Part shown: piece by piece, positions 1 through 14,267 of the stretch | Layout: every line of letters starts with the position of its first letter | Position numbering within the stretch: position 1 is the stretch's first letter | Source of the DNA: Tubulanus polymorphus | Taxonomy: Eukaryota > Animalia > Nemertea | Direction of reading: 5' to 3' | Length of the DNA stretch: 64,000 nt | Assembly: GCF_964204645.1 (NCBI RefSeq) | Contig: NC_134032.1 | Span: 16,170,275-16,234,274, forward strand | Notes under the pieces: generated by a model | The model's database searches: none | The model's input: only the letters and a program-made list of their open reading frames with translations | What the model was told of the DNA's origin: nothing | Position numbers and translations under genes: made by a program

Positions 1-1630
1 AACCATTTCCACGGTATATGGAGGAAAACTATTTCACATGTATATACAAATATTTACAAAACAACATCGAAGTGATAAAGATTTAGAGAATGAAAACGTA
101 ACAAAATGTATATACATTAACTCCTACTCCTACTACTAGTCACGCCATCTGGTGGCCCAGCGGGGCCCATTTCCGATAATTGAAAGGCCGGAACTGTACT
201 GACCCCTGGCGGTGGTTAACGGCACACAAGAATCGGATATCGACGCAGCTCGAGTTGAGGCTTGCTTAAAAGCGCCTCCTCGTTAACAAATAACCGTCGT
301 AATTAGCGGTAGAAGATGATCGCGAGGTTTATAGTCTGTTGATAAACCGTTTTACCGCCGACGAGTCGTCTGTCACACTATCGCCCAGAGATTTATCGAT
401 CGTACACGAACCGGATGTGGCCGTCATATAAATCGGCGGGTTATACTTCCGGTTTTGACTTCCGGAACTAATAGGAGCATCCAACGGCCATCAGAGACAG
501 GGGTCGGACGGTGCAGTGATTTCATGATAAATGGATGCCTCCATAAATCCCACTATGACATCATCAATTTTATAAGAAATCAGTTGAGTAAAATCACAAT
601 GACGTCATTAGAGGATCCCCAGTCATATATATGATTTATTGCCATGAAAACATTTTTTCCAGCTGCCCCACAAAACGTGATGAATATATATAGATAAAAC
701 AAAATAGCGGATGGTGAATTTTGTATGTGACTTTGATGTGGGGAATTATGATGTTTTTATTTTTCAATCACGAAAGGCAGACGGCACATGTGTCATCGGT
801 TCGTATTAACACCACGACACTGCAGTGCGCCGTGTCGAGAGCAGACGAAATTGAAAAATTCCTCCCACCGTCTGGCGCGCTCGGCGACGAGATCGCGAGA
901 AGAAATACTTTAAATGAGAAATGCGTAAAGCTTCTTAGCCGTCGAAATAACAGAAATGTTTTATTTAGTCACAAGTTGCCGTTTCACATAACTCTAATCA
1001 ACTCTTCTGAAAATTGAGCTCCACATTTCCCAATTCGATCCCATAAAGGAAATGGACGTTGCTGTGATACGACATTTTTTGCACCCGTATTGTTGAGAAT
1101 TTCGCTCAACAATATATACAACGTATCATAGCAACCCCAATTAATTCCCTCGAACGTAGTTCACTAACGGGTCAGTGCGCGAATGAAATTCATCGATTTT
1201 GATTTGAAATTCAAATTCAACCGACAAAACCGTTGGACGGATTAAGTCTTGATGAAAGAAAGAACTGATGAGCCGTCTGCCCGCACGAGTTAACGGATAG
1301 ATACGGGGATATGTCGTCTGGTGACGAAATGAAGTTTATCAAATATTCATCACATTCACACAACCGATAAGGTTTAATGGAAGGTTAATGAAGAAACTAG
1401 AATCGCGGTGTCATCCTATCCCTTCGCTGGGATTCGAACCTCATCGCGTCTAGAATATGCAAATTTGTTGTCTGAACTTCCACCACTTTTGTGACACAAC
1501 ACGCGATTAGGTTCGAATCCCGCTCGTGACCTTTTAAATTTGTTTTTATTCCCAAAACGACAATTATTCCCCCACTCCATCAGACAAAGGCTGGAACAAA
1601 AAATTATTGCCCTAACTATGATAGCCAGTA

Positions 1631-2090
1631 ACCTTAACCCTAGCTCGGCTGTAACCCTAACCCTAGCAGGACTCGAAGCCCACACCTCAGGCTTGCCAGC
1701 CGAGCATGCTAACCACTAGACCATAGACCAGTAGTGATTGACGGAGTTTGTAAGTTTGTCTCGTCAGTGTAGTGACTTGTGATCAGCCGAGTGGCGACTA
1801 GCGACCAGTCAGGTGTGGCGACTAGGGACCAGTCAGGTGTGGCGACTAGCGACCAGTCAGGTGTGGTGGCTGGCGACCAGTCAGGTGTGGTGACTGGCGA
1901 CCAGTCAGGTGTGGTGACTGGCGACCAGTCAGGTGTGGCGACTAGCGACCAGTCAGGTGTGGTGGCTGGCGACCAGTCAGGTGTGGTGACTGGCGACCAG
2001 TCAGGTGTGGCGACTAGCGACCAGTCAGGTGTGGTGACTAGCGACCAGTCAGGTGTGGTGACTGGCGACCAGTCAGGTGTGGTGACCTGC
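1631..2090 (-). mobile_element. Dispersed repeat: 24-bp minisatellite + tRNA-like segment + TTAGGG-like tail (copy 1, minisatellite expanded to about 12 units at 1790-2090)
   Basis: The reverse complement contains GGTCTATGGTCTAGTGGTTAGC (A box), TTCGAGTCC (B box) and then TAGGGTTAGGGTTA. Homologous to 18520-18712 and 37155-37420. Confidence 0.75.
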
Positions 2091-2649
2091 CTGTGGTACT
2101 CTACTAATTACAACAGCATTTCAAACCCATGATCATTATAATACAGTTAATGGGGGTGTTAGGGTCACGTGGCGAGTTTATACACTTAACGGCACTTATC
2201 AATAGGATTTATCGGTTGCTAAGCGACAATAATAACGGCAACAATGTATCAGATTATCTATCGGTCTGCGATAAACGAGTCTTTGCGTCACGTGTCATAG
2301 ATTAGAAATCTCGCGAGACATAACGAGATGATGTTGATGATGATGGCGATCTATATATGCGCGCGCGTGCGTGGATCATCGTGTGACTGTGCTGGGATGC
2401 ATTTAGTCCCAAGTGTGGGTTATCTACATTCAGGCAGATACGCGACGCGCGACTTAGCGAACAACAGACCTCTAAGGCTCATTTATCCTCTAAATCTTAG
2501 ACATGTTCTTCTAAAAATATATCCTCACGATGAAGAAACGATACAGGGCTGCTGTTTCCCGAAAGTTGGTTAAAGATAACCAGTGGATAGATACCATATA
2601 GTGACAATGAACTTTAAATTGTGACTACGTCAATTTGAACTACATACTT

Positions 2650-2828
2650 AATCAAAGCATGTTATGTACATGTACATCGAATTAAAGCATGTTATGTACA
2701 TGCACATTGAATTAAAGCATGTTATGTACATGCACATTGAATTAAGCATGTTATGTACATGCACATTGAATTAAAGCATGTTATGTACATGCACATTGAA
2801 TTAAGCATGTTATGTACATGCACATTGA
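2650..2828. repeat. 29-30 bp minisatellite, about 6 copies
   Basis: Unit AATTAAAGCATGTTATGTACATGCACATTG. Confidence 0.9.
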
Positions 2829-3557
2829 TCTTATTCCGCATAAGCAAAGTAAGAAAGTAGCATTTATTTGGTCTCATCACAAACTAGTGTTATCAATAAA
2901 CTTGGTCTTATTGAAAACTGTCGAATCGGAGTTCCCCATTTTCCGGCGCATTTCCGCCAGCAAAAGCGTAGCAGCAGAGGAAGCGACTCGGCGTGTTACT
3001 GAAATGTAACATTTCATTGTGGCTGAAATGGGTTCTCAATTGTGAACTAGACATGATTCTTATGAAGTCGTGTTAACGGCAGTCATCGCTGGGCAACACG
3101 TTAGACCGGAAACAACGGAGCAACGCGGTGGCATAGTGGGAATAACATAGAGCAGGGAGGAGAGGGGAGAGTAGGGAGGAGAGGGGAGAGGAGAGAAGAG
3201 AGGGGTGAGCAGGGAGGAGAGGGGAAAGGAGGGAGGAGAGGGGAGAGGAGAGAGGAGAGGGGAGAGGAGAGAGGAGAGGGGAGAGTAGGGAGGAGAGGGG
3301 AGAGTAGGGAGGAGAGGGGAGAGGGAAGAGAGGGGGATAGGAAAGAGATCGGAGTCAGGGGAAAGGGGTAAGGGGAGCAAGGAGGGAGGGCGCAAACAAC
3401 CTGAATTATTGAGGTGTATAGAATAGACATCAGTGGCGACAATAACAATAAAATTGTTTCTGAATATTTAATGAAGTGTTTTATGCACAACTGCTGCAAG
3501 GGCGAAATTGATACAAAGATAGCTCTATCTCCCTCCCCCTCTCTCTCTCCGACACTC

Positions 3558-3593
<36 letters not shown>

Positions 3594-6500
3594 CCTCCCC
3601 CCTCTCTCTCTCTCTATCTCCCTCCCCCTCTCTCTCTCCCTCTCTCTCTGCTGATGATAGCCTATTTAAACTCTAGTAGCTCTAGTATCAATAGCTCGCT
3701 GTCAAAAGCCCTTCACTGACGATTCAGAAATTGATGTTACAATATTGCGTGCGTTGAAGGAGAAAAAGTTATCAAATTACCCCCCAATCATCAGAGCCTG
3801 ATTTAACAGCACCGCCGACACGTAATATAGCGCCCTCTGGCGTGGCCATTGTAGACGAAAACATCAGGTGTGTTCGGAGTCAGCTGACCGGCGGATATTT
3901 ACGCCATATTGGAAAATTTGGTTCGATGTTGGTTCAAAACCGCTCGACAAAGCATTTTATTCGGTTTAAGCAAACCTTTAGGTTTACGCCTACAAATAAA
4001 AGCCGGTTTAATCAAAACCAGTTTGAACAAAGACGATTTTCCTACAAGCCGATTTTAAACAAAAATGCTCAACCTGGCCACCGCCGCCATGTTTTTTTTT
4101 CAAACAAATGAACTTCCGGTTCAATGTAGCCCAAAATAAACTAACATAATCTTATTCATGTGGCTAATTGCGATCTACTAATCTATTGCTGTTGTTTTTT
4201 AGGATGGTTTTTCGTTTAGGAGACAGGCAGCGCCACACGGTGGAGGGATCGGTAACTGTTGCGCATTAGGGCAGACGTGTCGCGACGCCTCGACGTGTTG
4301 TGACCCGGATATAACCGAACCGAAAGTAAAGTTCAATCCATTTTTTCGGAAATTGACACTACTTTGCGAGGTGCGTACTAACAGAGTAAAATCTGAGTTA
4401 GCATTTAGGTTCATTTTCTATTTTTTGAGCCCGAGGTACAGGCGCGGGTCCAGCCAGTGAATTAGACCAGATTCCTGTAAATTATTTCTCTATGATGTCG
4501 GTGGCAAAGCTCATGAAAGGGGGGTTTAGGGTTCGTCCCCCCCAAAAAAAAAAAATTGAACAATGACTCATTTTCCTTGTATTTAAAGGCATTCTGGACC
4601 TGTTTGATCAGGTTCTGGTAGAAAATGATTTTATGTTATTCACATTATTGAATATATTCTGGAATAAGAACTTTATCCAGAGACCTATAGTAACTCAACT
4701 GAAAAGGGAAATTGTGCGGTCTCAAAAAATCATCGTTTTTATATCCATTTCATATTTTATTCATTGCTAGAAAGTCTTCATTTGCTCATGTTGAAATGAG
4801 GAGAGATGAAATGGATATAAAATCGATGGTTTATTTATTTAGACTGCGCAGTTTCACTGGTCGCGCGCATAACGACTTAATTCAGATTTATTGCGTTCAA
4901 CAGATAGACTAACAGAAAAATCAACAAAAGAAAAAATCTGAAAAAATGCAAATGTAGACATAGGGTTTACTGTCGAACTATAAGATCAGGGGCTGGTTCC
5001 TCAGTTGAGACTTAAGTCCAAAAATGGTCTTAAATTTCAAGACTGGTCTTAAGTTGTTAGATTGGCTATAGAACTAAGATGGTCTCAGATTGGTCTGAAG
5101 TCTAAGTCATGACTATGGAACTGGGCCCAGTGGTCAGTTGCTCAAAAGTTGGTTGAAGATAACCAGTGGATGGATACCATAGTGACAATGAATTGTTAAT
5201 TGTCACTTTGTCAACTATCCTCTAGTTAACTCAAACCAACCTCTGAGCAACTGGCCCCAGACTGTTTAAAATCCCTGGATAACAGTTTTATTGATTATAT
5301 TTCCACTATTTTGCAGGAATGTTGCCCAGAGGGCGCTGTACGCACTTTATCTATATCCGGGGTCGTCAAGGAAATGAATTGTCCGGTTCTGAAATGTTGC
5401 AACCCGGAACGTCACGTGGCCGCTGTACGAATTGATGAGCAACGCCAACTATTTGAACTAGGATGTGTGGTAAGTGACAAGGTCACCGAAGGCTGAGATC
5501 GCCGCAACACATCGTAAAGATTAAGATGTAATGAATTCGCTGGGCTCAAATAATCCAAGCACGATCATTTAATGTAATCTATTCACAAAATAGGTCAGTT
5601 TTGGGTTGTTCTGGTACAAACCAGTTTCTGGCATGTACGACAATGGGTCACGTTATTGTTACTGGCGACGACCGAGGCTCAGTTCTGTTAGCGAGAATTT
5701 TACGATGAAACGTTGACAAGAATGCAGTTTTATTCCTAGGAGATTAAATGCCCCATCATCAAAATATACGAGGTATTACGGCATTGATCGATGTTACGAT
5801 GTTGTCCCATGCTTTAAGTATGGATTGCTCCACCTTTGAGGCTCGTTTCCACATCTGAGGCTCGTTTCCTGTTACTCTGTCTAGGGCACGATCTGAGACT
5901 CATTGCTGTGTCTGGGGCCCTTTAGGTTGTAATTCTGGCGTCATATTTTAAGGTGCGACAATCGAATTTTTTACACCTGTCAAATTATCTTGAGAAGAGA
6001 TCACTGTTTCCTGGGGGTTTCCCCATTTGTCATTCTCGCTGATCCCTGGGGGTTTCCCCATTTGTCCCTAAGCTGATAATAATCTTGTCAACGTTTCGTC
6101 TACTTGTCGTTTTTATATGAAGAGCCAATTATCAGAAACGTGAGAAAATCGTCGCTGATCCGTTCATGTCCATCTCTCCACCGAACTGATATCTCATATC
6201 TATATCATCATACCCGGTTCACCTCTGATATCTCAATTCACTCTCAGATACCTTAATGCACAAATGATATATCTCAATTCACTCTGAGATATCTCAATTA
6301 ACTTCTTAGATATCTCAATTTACTATCGGGTATCTCCACTCGGTCGCAGATATCTCAATTCAGTCTCAGATATCTCAATTCACTCTCAGAGTCGAAGCAA
6401 TAATGTTTTGAGAATTTAATGCTGATGTTTGATAATAAAAGCCACAGTGAGATGAGATTGTTTGCACCACACCTACTCCGCTACTGCTGCTACCTTTTAG

Positions 6501-7950
6501 ACTAATCACCACTCAGCAGCAGCAGCAGCTACAGCAGCAGCAGCAGCAGCAGCTACTCGAACTCGGTCAGGTTTCACACTATAATATCTCAGGTGAAGTA
6601 AAGGAGAGAAGCTTATCGCTGATGATATGTGGTCACCACAAAGTTCAGTCAATTAAGTAATTGAGTTTTAAGATAAAGTGTATAAACAGTCTCTACTCGT
6701 GTACTAGCTGTAAACAGGTTCATCTGGTAGATCAGTCCTGAAAAGGTGTCTGCCTACGCAGTGTAGTCTCCCCCAATGACGTCATTAGTGCGCAGTAACG
6801 AGTTAAAACCGAGACAGCTATCCGGATGGAAATGATTCGGTCGCCAAACTGATCGTTAATTCCCAGTTATTGTGTGAGGTCTCTCTGTGTTCAGAGTGTT
6901 TTATGAGTGAATTGCGCCGTGTATAACATTGAACTAAGATTAGAGCCTGGGGTCGAGGGGAGTCAGTAGGAGGGGAGGGGAGGGAGGGGAGGGGGAGGGG
7001 GGCAGCTAACTACGTACATTCTTCCTTAATGTTTCCTTCTAACTCGACTGATTAGTTTAAGACGTGGAATGCGCCTGCGCAAATGGAAAAAATAATTCAA
7101 TAACACGCGTAACACTGTTAACCGCGGATAAAAGCATCGAACCAATCAAATTACGTTTTACTGGCAGGGTTATACATTTCCGGTAAAATAGTGCTGCTGT
7201 ATAATTACAGTAACAATGATACCCGTTACTTATCGCGTTGGTAACCAGTGGTCACGTGCGACTGTCCGTAAAGTGTTATTTTACGTCGCGGAGTAATAGT
7301 AGTAATTTGACACAGCAGATGTAGGTATCTATACCATAGATTACTGCGCTAAAATAGCGCGATGCATGTGTAATTTCGATTCGGTAAGTGTAAGGAAGTT
7401 TCTTAACTTTTTTTGCGTAACCGTCCCTAGGGGGCGCCTCGTTACTGTTGGTCAATGTTGCCGATCAAGCCTGTGGTTAACCTGAATTGATGGACCGGTG
7501 TACGTACCCGTCCGGCGTGCGATCAGCCAAGCGGAAGTCCGGAGGGATGTACGGCGTATTAAGAAATCTTTCGAGCTAAACCAATTTCCGGTTGGGTTTC
7601 CGGAAAATGCGGTTCTCGGTATTCAAATAATTTCTCGTATGTCAAAATTGAAGAGAAAACCTTGAATGTTTACTGGCAGTATTATCGATCGGTCGAGAGT
7701 CTCTTCAACAGAACGACGTTTACCAGTGAAAGACACATTATCGAAATTCTACTCATATTTACATTTCTTCAAGAACCTACAGAATATTCGATATAAAAAC
7801 CGAATGATGGTTTGATCTACGCCAAACGTTTCAGGGCAGTCGATAAGTGGATTTAAATTATTGGGTTAATTAGACCATACTACTGCTGCATTCTGGTAGT
7901 TTGTTATCGTCTGCGAATTCAGCTAATACGGATCCAGCAGACTTGTACAC

Positions 7951-8180
7951 CACGAGATTGAGCCGATTAGTTTAGGCTCTATCCAACTTTAAAACTGGCT
8001 AAATGGTCTCACGAAATTGGGCCGATTAGTTTAGGCTCTTTCCAACTTTAAAACTGGCTAAATGGTCTCACGAAATTGGGCCGATTAGTTTAGGCTCTTT
8101 CCAACTTTAAAACTGGCTAAATGGTCTCACGAAATTGGGCCGATTAGTTTAGGCTCTTTCCAACTTTAAAACTGGCTAAA
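7951..8180. repeat. 59-bp tandem repeat, about 4 copies
   Basis: Unit CACGAAATTGGGCCGATTAGTTTAGGCTCTTTCCAACTTTAAAACTGGCTAAATGGTCT. Confidence 0.9.
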
Positions 8181-10777
8181 TTAAACTGAACCGGTCTAGA
8201 TGTATATAGATAACAACTGCAGTAGAATATTGTAAATAGTATGTTGCGAATATAGTTAGTTCTGTTTTTAAGCTTTTATTTTCGGTTTAAGGACTCTGTT
8301 TTCCTCCATGGAAATAGTTGGAATGTGATTAATATTCGTATTCTGAGAGTCTAGCAGCAATTTCCAAATGTCGGTTCGGATCCCGATTTAATCTAATCGT
8401 TGCTTTTGAAAGTCTTCAGGACGCGCTGGGGTTTTTTTATCCCCACTCTTTAATTTTCAAATTGACTTCTTTGAAATCGAGGTGTATAATGTGGCTAAGG
8501 GGAAACTGTATAAAAGTCGGTCGGTCGGGTGGATTGAAGTCCCGGATGTTTAACACCACCAAGCCTCGAGGGTGTGTTTTTGAAAGATTACATCGACCTA
8601 AAGGTGATGTAATTCCGCTGATGAAAAGATCTTCGATGATTGAAGTGAAATCTCCACCATCGAGGTCAAATTCACTAAAAGCTTTCAAAACAGGAAATTT
8701 ATACAAATGATAATAATTTTCATTTCCCGGAGTTCGTTGAAAGAGAAATTGGACTCTTCTGTATTCAGAGCTCAGGGTGAACGATTCCCAACGTCTTGAA
8801 GACCCGCAATGATTCTGTGCCCTTTTATAGAGACAAAAATCTATATTTTTTACACTCGATCGATGATTCCTACTCTGGCAATCGAGGATTCACTAGGGGC
8901 GCTACAAGGCCCCCATGGCAACACGGTTGAATGTAACACAGTAGACGGTTGTTTCGGTTAGAAATTCAAATTCTTACTATCGTAAAACGCTCCTATCTTC
9001 TCGGGAAGATGATTTGATTATGCGTGTCGGGAAAGCTACAACTGTTTGGCATTCATCGAACAAAACCGGAAACCTTAAAATGTCGCGTTTTCGCTGCATT
9101 GAAAAAAAAGAACAAAAGCATTAAACTCGATTTATTCGATTAGCAACAACCGCCGCCGCCGCAGACGAGAGTGATTGAGACAGAGAGTTTGAGACATTTC
9201 GGTTGTTAAATCAGAAAATTAACGGCCCTGCCGCTACAGCTGAGACTCGATCGAGAAAGCTCATCGCTGTAGTTTCGCATACGTTCTACTACTCAGTAGG
9301 ACAGAGGGCGCTGCTGGTCACTGAAGCGTAGTTTAGCTGTATTAAGACAGACGTTAAGTTGAGTGTTTAAAGAATGGTTTACAGTGACTTAATGAATGCT
9401 TAAAGTTAACCAACTAAACAACCAGGGGGCGCTTAAGTTAAAGTTAACCAGTGGATAGTTGGCAAAGTGACAATTAAAATTGCATTGTTACTATGGTATT
9501 TATCCACCGGTTATCTTTAACCAACTTTTGAGCAATTGCAGTCCCTGCCCCAGATTTAGTGTTAATGGTTTTGCGGGTTATTCAGGGCTATTCCCCTCGG
9601 CATAGGTCTATTGCCTCCTTCCGATCAGGGTTGTTTCTTGACTCTTCTGTAATTGCATCTTTTCAGAATCCCGGTGATGTCAAGGTCGTTTACCCAGCCG
9701 GGCAGGTGCTCGTCGACGGACGAATCGGATTCAGCGTCAAAATGCCAGGACCAATCACGTGTGAGGATTCAATGCCTACCTACCAATCAACGGGCGGTTA
9801 TCTAGTAATGAGATGTGCATAATTAATTACGTATTCACATTGCGAGCTATGTGCTGATTTAATTGTTTTATGCCTTATTCTTATGCGATCATTAATTCAA
9901 AATATGATTCTTCATAATCTATTTTTCTAAATGTATGTTTCGTAATTAGATTAGACTCAACCGCCACCTAGCGTTCGGGCAATGAATTATATACATATAC
10001 ATGTATACGTATAGTTTCGGAACTAGCCGCCGGAGGGCGCCTCCTCCGCGAGAGGGCGCTCTTTACACATTCCAATCATTTTAATCACAATGAAAACGGT
10101 TAATCAATATCGATGTCACGTGACTGTGTGGTAGAATATACGAATCTTATTTATAGTTAAAACACGATTATTGTCCGTTTCAAATTCGGAGTTCTCTCGA
10201 TGCACGCGGTCTTTCAGCAGAGTAGATGAACATCCTTTTCTGATGGGACGAGTACTATTATTCCTCGCTTGCCAGAGACGACCGGCGTTTAAAAATATAA
10301 GCAACAATAAGAAACGTTTTGTTGTTATCATAAGAATTTATGTAAATTTATTCGCTATATTCGGACAGTTTTTTTATACACAAAGATTATATATACAACT
10401 TATACTGATGTGTGTGTGACAGTAATTCAGTTCCCCGCTGAATCTAGAGGCGTCACTGGTAAAAATAAACATACATTATTACACAAGGAAGGTATAGACT
10501 TAAATACAGCCGTGAAAACCAGTTAACTAAACAGCAATACGAGTCCATTGTAATGGAGAAAGAATCCACTTCCGGTTATGCTTATTTAACGGGATTCGTG
10601 ACCATTGTGTGAGTTATTTTACTTAAAACACAATTAATCCAAAAATGCCTTCAAAAACTATTATTTTTTGTCATCACATTTTGAACACAGGCGTTTAGCA
10701 ACCTACGTATCGATTCGCGGCGATAATTCCCCGGGTGGGTAAGTACTAGATTCGGTATCACAAAATCCGTTACGTCA

Positions 10778-13700
10778 TCACTTTTTGACGAGTGGCGATC
10801 GTTCTGTGTTGGATAATACCGGAAATGCGCTGTCGGTTTCATCCGTGTGCAGTACGTCATCGAGTTGCGAGTTCTTCGAGTGCCGTTTGGATTTCACGCC
10901 CCAGTACACGTAGAATATAAACGACATTACCGTCTGCGATATATACATCAAACGAAGGTCAAGGTTAAATTATAAAATGTGTAAAGTTTTACTTTACTCA
11001 AATAGTTTCTGGAATTTCAACAATGTTCAGAAATAAACACAAGATATTTCAGTAATTGCTGGAATTAAAAGTTCTTAAAATTGATTTGGTAAATCCTAAT
11101 GCGGGGACGGGCTACTATAACCTTGGGAAGTGGAGCATATTAATACATATTGTATATCAGGGCCGATGAGGAGTAAAAGGATTAGGATAACGGATTAATA
11201 TAGTTAATCACACGGATTAACTGGATTATGCTGCTACGGGTTACACAATACTGCCCGTATAAGTATTGATGTCAATTATGACAATGGTTGCCCCGACCTG
11301 CGTGGATTCGGTCGGTACAATATTCTGCCACCTAAACATTTCTAAAACCGATCTCATTACACACACTATTTATCTATCTTCTATAATCACAATAGCATTA
11401 ATGATCTTTAAATTCAATTAAGAAGCGATTCGTATTTATACTACGATATTAACCATTGATGAAACACCCGGAGACACCCGCAGTCCGTGAAACAGCCGGA
11501 GACACCCGAATTCCAAAATACTTAAGAAATATCAGTCCGAAATGTTTCTTTGAGCGTGTAGTTTATTCACTATTGTATCATATAATTACCCTGCAGTTCC
11601 CGCTGATTTTAAACTGTTCAGTTTTTTAACTGTTTTTATGTTGTATTTTACCCCTAGTTAGTATCACAATTTGTATCAAAGTTTCTCGGTAGATCATTAG
11701 TTTTGTCCTGAAGGCGATAACTCCTTGGATAAAGTCGAAACGTCGAATTGATTAATCATTAGCTCAAGGAAACATTTCAGACTGTTTTTTGTTTGTTTGT
11801 ATAATCTAGTTTAGATATATTTACCCAAGCCAACATTGCGAACGCTAGTACTGACGAGGCTTTCGGGAATCCAAGTTCATCAGCGAGATAACCGCCACCT
11901 ACCGGTCCTAGAAACGAACTACAAAACAAAAACAATACCCACTTCAGAAACAAGACGACGCGGCGCGGTACAAATAGCGATATTTTTTTATACATAGGAT
12001 TATCACATTGTCCTAGAATTTTAAGACCCTCACGACAATCAAATCCCCGTTATTCATCCCCCCCCCGGATATGGTGCCTTCTCACACCCTGACCCAGTAC
12101 TCTGGATTACTATAGTCCGATCATACACAACCCTAGTCCGATTAAATCTAGTCATTCAATCCATGTTTATGAAACTAAATCCAAAAATCTATTTGTTCGT
12201 GAAAGCTTCTCATTAAACACGTTATTCTTCTCTGCGTTACTACAGTTATAAGATAAAAACCCACTATCTACAGATTAAAAGAATTCAAAACCAAGAATTT
12301 ATTTATTCAATCTAAAATATATATAGAATACACGACGTTTCGATCTCACCCTAGAGATCATCGTCAGGTGTGTGGGTTTTTATCTTATTATCCGTTCATC
12401 ACGTTTGAGTGTGGTTATCGTTTTATAATGTACAAGCGCTTGTTTGTCAAAATTTCATTTTTCTAAATACTTTTGTGAACGTTATTCAAACGGGTTTCAA
12501 ATAATCACAAAGAATACGCCTTGAAATCTATTGATCTAGGTCGCGTTACACTTTCGTGTATATGAAATTAGCTCCTTAAGTAGATACACAATATCAATAA
12601 ACACACTTTCATGTGGAATATCGAACCGTTAGACATAAAACTGTAAAGGATCGCGATACAGGAGTTGATAGATATAAACATACACGTTCGACCAAATTTT
12701 GACGAGAGCTCGCTGTAAGAAGAGCCAACCCATGAAACTCGAAACCAGAGTCAATTAAACTTTCACTAACAGCACTAGCAGCAGCAGCAGCAGCAGCTGC
12801 TGCAGCGACAACAACTGAAGAGTATCTTCTATTCTTCAATTGTGTCATAATATACGCGACTTTGAAACTACGAGGGGGGGGGGTTAGTCTAATTCTCAAA
12901 CATGTCAAACACAACAGCAGCAGCGAAATTAAAATCTTACCCTAAATACACAAAACTATTGAAGTTTATATCCAACAACCAGACACGGACAGATAACTGA
13001 TTATTGCACACGATAAAGTCGATGTTAACAGCTGAACTGGACGTGTATCACTCACTATTACCCGTCAACACACCAACAATAATCATTCACAAATAATAAC
13101 AATTAAAATGTGAACGCGTCACTGAGCAGCAGCGTTGAGTTAGATTGTAAAATTACCAGGAACAATAGCAGCGCAGAACGGGACAGTATTTACAGCGGTA
13201 TGACTAACTAACCTGTACTGGGCGTGTAGGTTACCGCGCGTCTCGCTGAAACAAGTCAGGACGAATCGGGGCGGGCTGGGCCAGGGATAACACACATATA
13301 GGACCAACTTATAGAATATTCTGGTAAACGGGATCTCACACCCAGGATATTGCCCCAATCCACCAGCCTGCCCAGGACATTGCCCTCACGACAGTCCGTG
13401 GTTTGTTTGATCGCTACCCCCGGGCTAGCGCCACAAGCGCCGCCACCGGGACATTACTGTATCACGAAGACGTGGACACCATGAGAACCTCGGTAACATC
13501 GATGCTCCGCGGGGAACTACTTACCCTAACGAAAAACAGGAATTAAATAGTCCACTCGTTAAACCGTACGTTTCGAAATTATCGGGGAATTTTGCCAAAG
13601 TCCTGAAAAAAGCGAAACAAAAATAAATAAATTTCATAAACAGTTTCAGCTGCGATAATTAAGGAACAGTTAAAAGCCTTACTTACAACAGGGCGATGAT

Positions 13701-14018
13701 TTTGAACTTACCAGGCAGAGATCAATAATTCGGCGAGTGTGGGCACTAGGGCAGCTCCTACAAACATGCCTAATATACCCAGAGAAAACAAATACAACCA
13801 CAACTTCTCACTGTAAATAGAATAAACGTCACATTTTAACATTTAGCTTTCAGCTTCAACTGGGTCGCTTGGACACTGACATTGTAAATTGAAATATGAA
13901 AATTGAAATGGTATTTAAATGGTGTTCGACTATTATTATATTATGGTTATTGTAACCTGATTTATATAAAGCGCTGTGATTATTCTATAGCAATATAAAC
14001 AAACAAATATAAATCATT

Positions 14019-14075
<57 letters not shown>

Positions 14076-14083
14076 ATTATAAA

Positions 14084-14135
<52 letters not shown>

Positions 14136-14143
14136 ATTATAAA

Positions 14144-14210
<67 letters not shown>

Positions 14211-14218
14211 ATTATAAA

Positions 14219-14267
<49 letters not shown>

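Noticed and set aside
1262-1340. CTGATGAG...GACGAAA possible hammerhead
   Set aside because: No convincing stem II or stem I pairing and no properly placed UH cleavage site.
1779-2132. 117-aa DQSGVVTG repeat ORF
   Set aside because: Translation of the 24-bp minisatellite of a dispersed repeat; no splice or start support.
3060-3719. Pro/Leu/Ser-rich ORFs
   Set aside because: Derived from purine/pyrimidine low-complexity tracts (GGAGAG and CT repeats).
8437-8710. Overlapping 82-89 aa ORFs
   Set aside because: No recognisable motifs, no supported exon chain; left unannotated.
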